This document shows, piece after piece, positions 25,408 through 38,729 of a DNA stretch of 64,000 nucleotides. The DNA comes from Chiloscyllium plagiosum. Taxonomy: Eukaryota. Under the pieces are notes generated by a model. The model was not told where the DNA came from. It made no database searches and saw only the letters and a program-made list of their open reading frames with translations. The position numbers and the translations under genes are program-made. The number at the start of each line of letters is the position of its first letter. Position 1 is the first letter of the stretch. Where the stretch lies: assembly GCF_004010195.1 (NCBI RefSeq), contig NC_057719.1:8517604-8581603 (forward strand). Direction: 5' to 3'.

Positions 25408-25840
25408 AGGGAGAGGCTGAATAGGCTGAGGCTGTTTACCCTGCAGCGTCGGAGGCTGAAGGGTGACCTTACGGGGGTTTATAAAATTATGAAGGGCATG
25501 GATAGGATAAATAGCCAAGATCCTTTTTCCAGGATAGGGAAGTCCAAAACTAGAGGGCATAGGTTTAAGGTGAGAGGGGAAAGATTGAAAGGGGACTTAA
25601 CGGGAAACCTTTTCACGCAGAAGGTGGAGCATGTATGGAATGAGCTGCCAGAGGAAGTGGTGGATGTGAGTAAAATTACAACATTGAAAAGGCATTTGGA
25701 TGGGTACATGAATAGGAAGGGTTTAGAGGGATATGGGCCAAGTGCTGGCAAATGGGAACTAGATTAATTTAAGATATCTGGTTGGATGAGTTGGGCTGAA
25801 GGGTCTGTTTCCATGCTGTACATCGCTATGACTCTATGTC
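25408..25840 (+). mobile_element. CR1 3' fragment
   Basis: RRLKGDL..GHRFKVRGER..WNELPEEVV and tail. Confidence 0.88.
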
Positions 25841-26469
25841 TCTTTGGTAGAGTGAGGCTAATTGGCCAGATGCTTAAACAAGGTAGTACACGTGTGATGG
25901 TCTGAATAGCCTCATCTGAGTTAGTGGATCAACCATGATCATGTTGAATAATGGTATGGGCTTGATGCGCCAAATGACCTACTGCCGCTCCTATTTTCGA
26001 TTTTTCTATGTAAGCCAGACAGAGTAACATTAGCAGATTTCCTTTCCTTTAAAGGGGATTAGGAACCAGATGGGTTTTTACAACAACTTATAATAGTTGC
26101 ATGGTCACCAGCATGGAACGTTACACTGCAGAAGGAGGCCATTTGGCCCATCATGCCTGGACTGACTCTTCAAATGAGCACTTAGTGCCAGTCTCCTGAT
26201 TTTCCTTCTGCTAAGTCCCTCACTGAGATTAGTTTTCAATTCAACTTGACCCTGTGTTCACACAGCACCATCCTGGGTCTTTGGATGACCAGTCCAGTGC
26301 CATTGTGCCCAATCATCTCCCCACATCGATCGTTGACTTCAGCTGACAACAGAAGCTATCATTCATTTTGAATGATCCTGGTACACCAGCCATGTTAACA
26401 GCAGCAGGCCATTCAGCCTCTTGATCCTGTACCTCTATTTAATTAGGTTACAGCTGACTTGTACTTTTA

Positions 26470-27062
26470 TTCATGTTGCGGCTGTAGAGGACATTGGTTA
26501 GGCCACTGTTGGAATATTGCGTGCAATTCTGGTCTCCTTCCTATCGGAAAGACGTTGTGAAACTTGAAAGGGTTCAGAAAAGATTTACAAGGTTGTTGCC
26601 AGTGTTGGAGGATCTGAGCTATAGGGAAAGGGTGAATAGGCTGTGGTTGTTTTCCCTGGAGTATTGGAGGCTGAGGGGTGACCTTATAGAGGTCAATCAA
26701 ATCATGAGCAGCACAGATAGGGTAAATTAACAAGGTCTTTTCCCTGGGGTCAGGGAGTCCAGAACTAGAGGGCATAGGTTTAGAGTGAGGGGGAAAGATA
26801 TAAAAGAGATCTACGGGGCAACGTTTTCATGCAGAGGGTGGTACGGGTATGAAATGAGCTACCAGAGGATGTGGTGGAGGCTGGTACAATTGCAAAATTT
26901 AAGAGGCATTTGGATATGTATATGAATAGGAAGGGTTTGGAGGGATATGGGCCGGGTGCTGGCAGGTGGGACTAGATTGGGTTGGGATATCTGGTCAGCA
27001 TGGATAGGTTGGGCCGAAGGGTCTGTTTCCATGCTGTACATCACTATGACTCTATGACTCTA
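26470..27062 (+). mobile_element. CR1 3' fragment
   Basis: [28 protein letters not shown] and 3' tail. Confidence 0.9.
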
Positions 27063-27653
27063 TTTTATTGGTTCATATCCTTTCAAGGAATCTTGGAGCA
27101 CAGAAGGTGACTCTTTGGTCCATCATTCTGTGCCCATTCTTTGGAAGAGCTATGGGATCAGACTCATTGGCCTGCCTCTCTCTCTCTCTCTCAATCACCG
27201 CAGACATTATCCCCTCAATAATTCATCTCATCCTGTTTCAGGAACTACATTCAAATCTGCTCCACCACCTTCTCAGGCAATGCATTCCGAACCACAACAA
27301 CTCGCTGCTTTAAGAATATTTCTCCCTGTCTCCCTCAATAGATCTTTCACCAATTAGCTTAAATCTATCTCTTCTGGTTAATGACCCTCCTTCCAGGAGA
27401 AATAGTGTCTCCTTATTCTCTCCAGCGAGTGATTACAGTCATTGCTCTGTACCTGTGAGGGTTCTGCTCCTGAGAATCTCTGTGAATGATGAAGTACATA
27501 TCAGTGTGGTGATTGTTTAAAAATAGGTTAAAAATCTTCGATATGCAACTTTTCCTGCAGACGCTGAATTTTTTTTGGTTGCTATTTATTTGTTGTCATG
27601 GATAGGCAAATTTGCGTGATTTCATAAATGCTGAGGATTTACTAAATCTACTA

Positions 27654-27798
27654 GGAGAAAGTGAGGACTGCAGATGCTGGAGACCAGAGCTGAAATATGT
27701 GTTGCTGGAAAAGCGCAGCAGGTCAGGCAGCATCCAAGGAGCAGCACTCTGAAAGCTCGTGCTTCCTATCAAACCTGTTGGACTATAACCTGGTGTTG
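27654..27798. mobile_element. Chimeric fragment joining arms of the two Penelope-derived families
   Basis: The left part matches the 3952/24582 family. The right part (ggagcagcactctgaaagct...gttggactataacctggtg) matches the 54040 family. Confidence 0.65.
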
Positions 27799-29864
27799 TG
27801 TGATTTTTAACTTTGTCCGCTATTCAATGAGATTGTGGCCCCAACTCCATATACCAGCTTTTGGCTCATTTCCCTTAATACCTTTGCTTAACAAAAATTA
27901 ATCAGTCTCAGATTTAAAATTGAAAACTGATCCGGTGTCCACTGGCATTTGTAGAGGAGAGTTCCAAACCTCTCCCACCCTTTGTGTGCGGAAGTGCTTC
28001 CTAACATCTCTCCTGAACGGTCTGGCCTGAATTCTCAGACCATGCCCCCTAATTCAAGAATCCCCAACTGATTGAAATAGTTTGAGACAAAAAAAACTGC
28101 AGATGCAGATGAATTGAAATAATTTGTCTTTATCTACACTGTCTCTTCCTGTTAATATCTGTGAGAAAATTTCACTCCTGTATTGCTCATTCTGAATGTT
28201 AACATGATTTCCTGTCCTGCATATCTTTGTGACTGTGAGAGGAAACTGGGGCACCCGAAGGAAACCCACGCAGACACGGGGAGTATGCGCAACACCAAAC
28301 AGACAGTCCCCCAAGGCTGGAATCGAACCCAGCTTCCTGGTCCTGTGAGACAGCAGTATTAACTCTGCATTACAAACCAGCTATCCAGCCAAATGAGCTA
28401 ACTAGCTCTGGCATAATCCCAGTGAATCTGCACTGGACCCCTTCGATGGTCAAACTATTGGTCCTATGATTCAGCCCTGAGAACGGAAGCCTATGTGTCT
28501 GACCGAAACTCCATACAAGTGAAGACCATCTCATTTCACTACCCTTCGCGATGGAGCTTCTAAGACAACACAAAGCCATACTCAAATAAAACTCCGCACA
28601 AAATTCTCTCCATATTGTAAAAGATTCCCCAAATCACATTTATTCTCAATGTGTGGTCAACACTGCTGCTCTGACAGCTGACTGGGTTCCTAGGTTACGT
28701 TTATAAACTCATAGGGATTAGGAACAGATGTAGGTCATTGAATCTGACTTGCCATTTGATAGGATCATGGTGGATCTGATTGAAGCCTTAACTCCATTGT
28801 CTTGCCTGTATACCCCTCCCCATAGTCCTTACAATCCCTTCCCTTTTGACCAAAATTCGACTTAACTCAGCCTTTTTCTATCCAATCTCTGCTGTTCACC
28901 ATGAAAGAGAATCCCAAAGTCTAACAACGCTTTGGGAGAGGAAATTTCTCCTTCTTTTCAGTGGTGACTACTTGGGGTTGATAGAAGGGGTGATGGTGCT
29001 GATGATTAGCATCAGAATGGGGTCATAGGGATGCCCTCAGGCCAGCAGACCCCAACCTCAAACTGAGGAGGAGGAGAGTGCTCAGGTCAGGAAGCAGTCG
29101 GCTGTCCAGATTGGAATGGGGCAAAACAAAACCACAGCAGATGGTGCAACATAAACTCAATGAATTCAACTTTGAATATAAGGGTCATCTCAGTAATTAG
29201 AATTAGAATCTCTACAGAGTAGAAACAGGCTCTTCGGCCCAACAAGTCCACACTGACCCTCTGAAGTGTAACCCACCCAGATCCATTCCCCTCTTACTTG
29301 ACATTTCCCTCTGACTAATGCAGCCAACTACATAATCCCTGAACACTATGGGCAATTTAGCATGGCCAATTCACCTGACCTGCACATCTTTGGACTGTGG
29401 GAGAAAACCAGAGCACCTGGAGGAAACCCATGCAGACACAGGGAGAATGTGCAAACTCCACACAGACAGTCACTCAAGGCTGGAATCAAACCTGGGTCCT
29501 TGACACTGTGAGGCAGCAGTGCTAACCATTGAGCCACCATGTCACCCTATACTGTTGTTGTAAAGACCCATCTGATGCCTTTTGGAAATCTGTTGCCTTT
29601 ACCTGATCACGCCCACACATGACTGCAGACCCAGTACAACTCTTGATTTTCCACTGAAATAGCTGAGGAAGGTAACCAGGTGAAAGAGATGGACAATGAA
29701 TGCAGTCTTTGTCAGTGACACTCAGACCCTACGAAAGCCTGTTTAAAAATTATGACTACTTTAATCTTTATTGCCTACTGCCTCTTCTCATTTAATGCAA
29801 TGAGGGAATTTCAATTTACAACTTATGTTATCTGTGAGTTATATAAACTATATTAAAGTCAGAA

Positions 29865-31580
29865 AATCATAGAAATGTTCAGCATGGAAACAGACCCTTC
29901 GGTCCAACTCGTCCAGGCTGACCAGAAATCCCAACCCAATTATCCCACCTGCCAGCACCCGGCCCATATCCCTCCAAACCCTTCCTATTCATATATCCAT
30001 CCAAATGCCTCTTCAATGTTGCAACTGTACCAGCCTCTACCACTTTCTCTGGCAGCCTAGTCCATACACGTATCACCCTCTGCGTGAAAAAGTTGCCCCT
30101 TAGGTCTCTTTTATATCTTTCCCTGCTCACCCTAAACCTATGCTCTCTAGTTCTGGACTCCCCCCACCCCAGGGAAAAGACTTTATCTATTTATCTTATC
30201 CATGTCCCTCATGACTTTATAAATCTCTATATGCTCACCCCTCAGCCTCCGACTCTCGAGGGAAAACAGCACCAGTCTATTCAGCCTCTTCCTATAACTC
30301 AAATCCTCCAACCATGGCAACATCCTTGTAAATTGTTTCTGAACCCTTTCAAGTTTCACAACATCTTTCCGATAGGAAGGAGACCAGAATTGTACGCAAT
30401 ATTCCAACACTGGCCAAACCAATGCCCTGTACAGCAGCAACATGACCTCCCAACCCCTGTACTCAATACTCTGCCCAATAAAGGAAAGCATACTAAACGC
30501 CTTCTTCACTATCCTATCTACCTGCGACTCCACTTTCAAGGAGCTATGAACCTGCACTCCAAGGTCTCTTTGGTCAACAACACTCCCTAGGACCTTACCA
30601 TTAAGTCTTGCTAAGTCCTGCTAAGATTTGCTTTCCCATAATGCTGCACTTCGCATTTATCTAAATTAAACTCCATCTGCCACTTCTCAGCCCATTGGCC
30701 CATGAGATCAAGATCCTGTTGTAATCTGAGGCCACTTGCTTCACTGTCCACTACACCTCCAATTTTGGTGTCATCTGCAAACTTACTCACTGTACCTCTT
30801 ATGCTCACATCCAAATCATTTATATAAATGATGAAAAGTAATGGACTCAACACCGATCCTTGTGGCACTCCACTGGTCAGAGGCCTCCAGTCTGAAAAAC
30901 AACCTTCACCAACACCCTCAGACTTCTACCTTTGAGCCAGTTCTGTGTCCAAATGGCTAGTTCTCCCTGTATCCCGTGAGATCTAACCTTGCTAATCAGT
31001 CTCCCAAGGGGAACCTTGCCAAACACCTTACTGAAGTCCACATAGATCACATCTACTGCTCTGCCCTCATCAATCCTCTTTGTTACATCTTCAAAAAACT
31101 CCATCAAGTTTGTGAGACATGATTTCCCATGCACAAAGCCATGTTGACTATCCCTAATCAGGCCTTGCCTTTCCAAATATATACACATCATGTCCCTCAG
31201 GATTCCCTCCAACAACTTGCCCACCACCGATGTCAGGCTCACTGGTCTATAGTTCTCTGGCTTGTCTTTACTGCCCTTCTTAACAGTGGCACCACGTTAG
31301 CCAACCTTCAGTTTTCCAGCACCTCACCTGTGACTATCGATGATACAAATATCTCAGCAAGAGGCCCAGCAATCACTTCTCTAGCTTCCCACAGGGTTCT
31401 AGGGTACATCTCATCAGGTCCTGGGGATTTATCTACTTTTATGCATTTCAAGACTTCCAGCACTTCCTCCTCTGTAATATGGACATTTTTCAAGATGTCA
31501 CTATCTATTTCCCTACAGTCTATATCTTCCTTGTCCTTTACCACAGTAAATACTGATGCAAAATACTCGTTTAGTATCTC
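29865..31580 (-). mobile_element. 5'-truncated CR1/HER1-type LINE with frameshifted RT
   Basis: ORF pieces [47 protein letters not shown]; 3' tail at ~29865. Confidence 0.95.
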
Positions 31581-34500
31581 TTTTCTTTCATTAAAATCAT
31601 TGAATTAAATTGTGAATGATTGAGATGTTTTCACATCCCTAGGGAATTCCAGTTGTCACCTCATTACAGTCAGAGTTGTTGCCCAATAATCCAATGCAAT
31701 TTCTCTGAACTCAAGCCAACTTCCAAGCTACATTATAAGGCTATCTCCATTGCAATGCAATCTGCCAACAATCTGTTGTCAGCAACATCATTGAGAAGTC
31801 CATATAGAAAGCATCCACTGATACTACTGATTAATGATATCCTCAAAAAATCCAACAGGATGCTGGATGTTCTGTTGAATAATATTACGCTGGTGCTCCC
31901 TGATCAGTTCACACTTTCTCATGTACTCAATCTCATCATTTCAACTGACTGATTTGATTTCAACTGAAAAATATATGAACCTTGAATTAATCAAGCTGAA
32001 AGGTAAAAATGTCTATTTATCCAATCAATCGAAAAAAGATTGAAAATTCAGTAAGTTTTGCATCCAGGCACACTTAAAATTCAAGTGCCAATCAGAGAAA
32101 TCTGTTCAGTATTAAAGGACTGAATATCAAATGAATATAAATGCAGTTAATATTAACGCAGGGACATGTTTTTGACATCAAATTTCTCTTTCAGTGGCAA
32201 CAAGTGAATTAAAAGGCAGTTAAATAGTCTGAGACATGTTAAGAGGTGGGATGCATTTTGTCATTGAGGGTTTGGACTGAACGATCCACTGGGGGCTTCA
32301 TGTAGATATGATGAATAGGACAGCTCGGTTATTTTTGAGTTATCTAAAACAGAAGCAAACTGAACGTTCCACAGTGGAGATAAAGTGGCAGGGAAAATGT
32401 GTGGAATAACCTGTAAACTGGTGGACATTGTGCAACTCATCATGAATTTTTGATCTGAGGGAGTTTGGGCCCATAACCAGGTGGCAGCCATCTTTGTCAG
32501 GATGATAGCAGAAGACTTGAAGGATTGAATGGACTGTGCCTGGAAATGGAATAGAGGTTGGAATTGGATAGGGGGAATACAGAATTCCAAAGACTTATAG
32601 ACACTCTGAGAGAAGAAATTCCTCCCCATCTTTCTCTTAAATATGAGACCGTTTATCTTGCCAGAGTGAATGCTGAGATGATGTTAACCACGTCTAGATT
32701 TTGGATTTTCGCACAAGGGGAATGTCATCTCAGCATTCACTCTGGCAAGGTGCCTTAGAAATTTATTGACGTAAAAAATTCCAAGTTCCAATGTGTATGA
32801 GCCCAATCTGCTCAACCTTTCCTCATTCAACAACCCTTTCATTTCAGGAATCGGCCTTATTTTCAGGAGTCACTTGTATGAAGAGCCCTTATTATATTGG
32901 AAGGAAAGGAGATAGTGGGAATGTCACTGAGCTACAATGCAGAACTTCAGGCTGATGTTCTGGGGTTGTGTGTTTGAATCCCACAGACAGCAGGTGGTGA
33001 AATTTGAATTTTAAAAAAATGCCAGCCTAATGTTGACCATCTATCCACTGATGGACATTATGAAAGAAATAACTCCATTTCATTCACTAATGTCATTCAG
33101 GACAGGAAATCTGCCTTCCGTTCCTGATCTGGCTCACATCCTGACTGCTAACTGCTATTAATTATTGGAATTAATGATGGCCTAGCCAGCAATACTCACA
33201 AACCTCCACTGTCTACTGAAACAATGGCGCAAAATCTCCATTACAACACATTTACTAATCTCCAAAGATTAGCAAAACTCCACTGTCTTCATCCATTTCC
33301 ATCATTCAGCTGATTCTCTTGAAAACATTGATGGGAGCTGGATAGAGCAGGGCTAGATTTCGACTTAACAACGGGTTTGAACTGGGGATGGCAGGATTGA
33401 TGAATGGGGAGAGACTGAACTAGTTGGTTTAGAAGAATGAGGGGAAGTAAGGGCAGATCTGTGGCTCAGTGGTTAGCACTGCTGCCTTACAGCGCCAGGG
33501 ACCCGGGTTTGATTCCACCCTCTGTGTGGAGGTTACATATTTTCCGTGTCTGCGTGGGTTTACCCTGGGTTCTCCGGTTTCCTCCCACAGTCCAAAGATG
33601 TGCATATTAGGTGGATTGGCTGTGCTAAATTGCCCCATAGTGTCCAGGGGCTAATAGGTTAGGTGGAGTAGCCATGGTTAACACCGGGTTGTGGGGATAG
33701 GGTGGGGGACTGGGTCTGGTTGGGATGCTTTCCGGAGGGTTGGTGCAGACTCAATGGCCCTGTAGGGATTCAAAGATCTCATAGAAATCTCTAAAATTCT
33801 GATTTGACCAAATAGAGTAATTGCAGGAAATATGTTCCATATTACCAGGGATTCTAGAGCCAGGGGTCACAGTCTAAGACTATGGAATGGGCCAGTTAGT
33901 ACTGAGCTGAGGAGAAACTCGTCACCCACAGAGTGGTGAGCCTGTGGAATTCTCTGCCACAGAAAGAGGTCGAGAGACCAAAGCGTTGAGGAAGGAGTTT
34001 GAGATAGCTCCTTGGGTTAAAGGGATCAAAGGTAATGGGGAGAAAGCAGAAACAGGGCACTGAGTTGGATGACCAGCCATGGTCATATTCAATGGTAGAC
34101 CAAGCTTGAAGGGCTGAATGGCCTACTCCTGTTCCCATTTTCTATGCTCCTATGTTTAATGAAGGTACAAAGGAGCTTATTTACGTTATTTGTTTTCCGG
34201 CATTTTCGGAAGGGAGAACTGACCTAATTACTGACTGAAAAACTGTTCACAATTGCAAGAAGTGGTCATCAAGTTTGGAAAAGGGGAGAATGAATCATAA
34301 TTAAAAAAGGAAGTAGAAGGAATATAAGTGAGAACATCACACAAGAACAGCACAGTGCAGCAGAGCTCTCGTATAAATGCGATGGTGTATGAATCAGCCA
34401 TTTGCTGTCTTGCTGTCAGATGGCTGAGACAATGAGCTGCTGGCAGCTTTGTTTCCCCCAGCAGGGAAGGGGTGTGATTAGTTATAAATTTAACAGGTAA

Positions 34501-36860
34501 AGATGAGGGACATCAATCCTCTTTTCAAGTGGAATACCATGTAGCCTTGCACTTAGTTCTTCAATACAAGGTAATATACGCATCCTAACTGTTTGTTGAC
34601 ATACGTACCAACTAATAAGCAACATTTAGTGGCCCAATTCATTCTCGTCTGACTGTAAAACCACCACATGACAGAGTGGCTGGAGGACATACTTCAGTCA
34701 GCACAGAATGTACACTGCAGAAACAGCCCATTCAGCCTGCATATATCCTCCATACAAGTCTCCTGCCAGTTAATGTCATGTCACTTGAATTATTAAGTTT
34801 AAGGATATACAGGCTGGAGAGAACTCATTGATTGGGAATCTTGAGCAAACATAGGAAGAGACTTTAGGGATGCTCACCACTAGTGAGCATGGAGACACAC
34901 ACCTGTAATGCTGCATTCTGTCATTAAATCTCATATTAGTGCTCTCTTACTTTAACAAATGGTTTCAGAATGGATTCATGCTTCCACTCCTTTGCCTCTC
35001 ATTCCATCAGACTGGACATGAGATGATATGCAATCGATTTATGTCCTTGACTTTTAAAAATTTCTTGCATGCTTAATATAGGGTTTGAATTATAAAGAGA
35101 GGCTGGATAGGTTGTGAACTTTTTCATTAGAGTGTCGGAGGTTGACCTTATACAGGTTTATAAAATAATGAGGGGTATAGGTATTGGCAGGTATCCTTTT
35201 CCTACAATGGGGAATTTTAGGATTGGGGGCATATTTTTAAGGTGAGAGGAGATAGGTTTTAAAAAGATATGAAAGGAATTTTTTTTACACAGGGAGTGGT
35301 TTATCTGTGGAATGAACTTCCAACGGAAGTGGTGGATGTGGGCACAGTTACATTTAAAAGACTTTTGGATACGTACATGAATAGGAAAGGTTTGGAGGGA
35401 TATGGGCCAAATGCAGGCAGGTGGGGCTAGTTTAGTTTGGGATTATGGCCAGCATGGACTGGTTGGACCAAAGGGTCTGTTTCCAAGCTATATGACTCTC
35501 TGATTCTATGACTAGAACTGAGGATCATAAATACTAGAGCCTCAAATAAATCATAGCAGGGAATTCAAGAGAATGTCATATTCTGAGAGAATGGTTAGAA
35601 TGTGGAACCTATTACACATGATACTGATTGATGTATCTAGCACTCAAGAAGAATCTAACTAAACATACGGGAGAGGAAAGGAATAGGAGAACATATTGAT
35701 CCAGAGAAATGAAGAAGGAGGTTCATGTAGAGCATAAAACCAGCATTTATATGATAGGCAGAATGGCCTGTCTCTGTACTCAAAATGCTAAGTAACAATG
35801 GAGTGCATGATTGGATTTCTTTAGCCCACAGTACATGGCTGCCCCTAGAGAAAAGGACTGTTAGTCAATAATTACTATCTGTCTTCCATTCATATTTTCC
35901 ATTCAAGGTCATGGTGAACCCTAAATCTTCAATCAATTCCACTATCATGTTGAGGAGGTACTCACTCTTGATCTTTCCCTATGGGGAAGATAAGGTCCGA
36001 GTCTCAATGGTCAATGCTGAGGGCTCTTGGGTCAGGACCAGTCCGTTACAAAAAAAAATCACACGGAACTTTCAGTCAGATGTAGGCCACTCAGGTCAGT
36101 CCAATGAAAATGGGCTAGGTTAGGTCAAGTTCCCTTTACACTCACCTCAGTCCCAACATCTATGTCTATTTCCCACATTACAACAATGACCAGGCATCAA
36201 AGATGCTCCATTGATTTTAAAACATCCTCAGAAGGGCACTGCAGAAGTGGATGTTTTTCTCTCCTTCTATATTGTATGTCCCACAACCAATCAACACAAC
36301 CCTGCAACTCAGCGCATTAGCACGTTTTCCTGCTTCCTCTCAAGAGAGGAGGCAATGATTGAGTGGTATTGTTAATAGGCTCATAATCCAGAGACCGTGT
36401 AATGTTCTGGAGATGTGGGTTCAAATCCCACCATGGCAGATAGTGGAATTTGAATTCAATCATTCAAACCATGATAATTCAATAAAACAAAAACTGAAAC
36501 TGAATGTTTAATTACGATGAGGTGACCACTGGCAGTTATCATGAAGTTCCCTGGTTCACCAATGTCCTTCAGGGAAGGAAATCTGCTATGCTTACCTGGT
36601 CTGGCCTACATGTGACTCCAGACCCATAGCAACAGTCTCTGGTTAGTTAGAGGTGGCCAATAAATACTGGTCTGGCTGGTGATGCCCATCGACCATGAGC
36701 GAATGAAGTAAAAAAAAGCCCAGTTTTACGAGTTTCAAATCAAATCAATGGTAAAAGTATCACTCTCAATCTCCCACTCCCCACTGCAACACTTAACAAG
36801 TGATAAGTGTACTTGGCAAGACCTACATCCCCAGCACACTCTGTGTTAAAACAGCATGAA

Positions 36861-38729
36861 CATGCATTAATGTTATTATACTTACACAACCCTTCCCTGA
36901 GGCATGTCCCCGCCTGGTTGAGTGCTTTGCAATTAAAAAAAATATGGGAGAAATATGTCTTTTTATGAAAACTTCAAGATGAGGCTTCAGGCCAATCTAT
37001 GTCCAACAACCTGCTCCGAATACTCTGCTCACATTCTGACAAATCCCACGTCAGCAGCTGAGGCGATCCACAAAATTCGAAAACAACCATGGTCTAACTA
37101 AAATAATCCAAAACACTCCAAAGAAACTGTCAAATAATTCTAAAGGAATCCTTTAAAAGTTTCAGGATTTAGATCTGCATGTTTGCTAAAGGCAAATCGA
37201 TTTTTGCCTGAGCCGTACCCTGTTTGTTTGCCAATATTCATTGGAATACATCCATTAGATTTAGAGAAATCTACAGATAGACTAACAAATGGGAGTGAAA
37301 TTATTCTGTCTGCCACTCAAGAGCACTGCAGTGTGAAGTCATAGCGCGGAAACAAAAATATAATTTCATGCAAATGCATCTACAAGTTCCCAGTATTTCC
37401 AACATCTAGTAGCTTGGGTATAGTATGGGCAGCTTCCTACCACTTCTCAATTTCCATTACCATACATGTGCCAATTTATCATGGTTCAGCACCTGGTAAC
37501 ATTGACATTTAAAGCGCTTTCCAATTGGTAAGAGTTGGAAAAGTAATCACAAAACAAGTGCAGTCACTTTCCAAAACAATACACTTTCTTTTGCCTGTTG
37601 CTCTTTTGGGAATTTGCTTTACCCTGGAAGAAAGAATTGGGAAAGGGAACAAGGTAGGATTGCAGGGTCTGGGGCAAGAAGATGGGAAAGTTTTAACAAA
37701 CCTCTACAAAAACAGAGAACAGAATCACATGACGTCACAACATCAAGAACAATAACAAACCACGGACACAAACCAAGGATATCACTGGTTCCCCAACCGG
37801 GAATTTAAAAATAAACACAGGAGCAGGTGGATAGGCAGCAGCTCCCGGGCCATGACCACACAGACACCAAAACAAAATAAACAGTTTCTGAGCAAACACA
37901 GCAGAGCGTATGATTGACCCCCAACAACTCGCTATGTGTCACAGCAATGGCCCCCATCACAGTCCATGCACTGACTGCGGAGTCATGAAAAGGGTGGGTT
38001 TTCTGTTTTGGCAAAGGAACTACTGCTGCAATGTGCCAATGATGAATTTTTTTTCACGAGATCAAACATGAATTCGCAATTGTTTGGCAGGTAACAATGC
38101 TTCCTGACAATAAAATTCTTTTTATGCCATCTGCATTCTCTTTAACAGAAAGTAAGTTGTTACTCAGCACCAATAAAGATATTTGGAGGGGATAGAGATA
38201 AACGTAAAGGCTAGACAGAGCAGTGACAGTGAGAAAGAAGTAGAGGATTGGGAAGGCAAGGAGAGGAGGGGCAGAGTGATTGTGTTTCAACCTTCTACAT
38301 AATTCAATTTTTAGTCTTTCATACACAACTCTCTTTGGCAGCCCAGGGCAGTAGTCACCACCCATCCTGCCTAGTTCGATGGCAAGAAAGGATTTTGTTG
38401 CCTCTAAACATAAAAAAATGTACTTTTTTTGCATTAAAAAAAATTCAATTGAAAGAAAAAACGGAATTCTTAAAAATGGAAAAGAAATTGCCTCCAAAAA
38501 TTCAAAATTCTTGTTTTGTTTTACAAAATATATATGAAGATATGATATATATATGTGTCATGTGCATATATATATATACATATACAAATCTCGTCATACC
38601 ACCAAAATTACATGCAGTGCATGATGAAGTGTGAGAGCAAATAATACCAGCTATAACTGCTGCTTAACGACAACATAAACTGAACTATAAACCACACATG
38701 CATTAACAGTGAAAACGACACTGCATGCA
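36861..38729 (-). promoter_or_regulatory. Cluster of six sense-strand UGCAUG (RBFOX) motifs
   Basis: CATGCA on + at 36861, 37367, 37965, 38611, 38697 and 38724, downstream of the Cys-loop exon in repeat-free DNA. Function is inferred. Confidence 0.5.

Noticed and set aside
38054..38634. ORFs of 147 and 128 aa in the repeat-free zone
   Set aside because: Low-complexity AT-rich translations with no recognisable domain.
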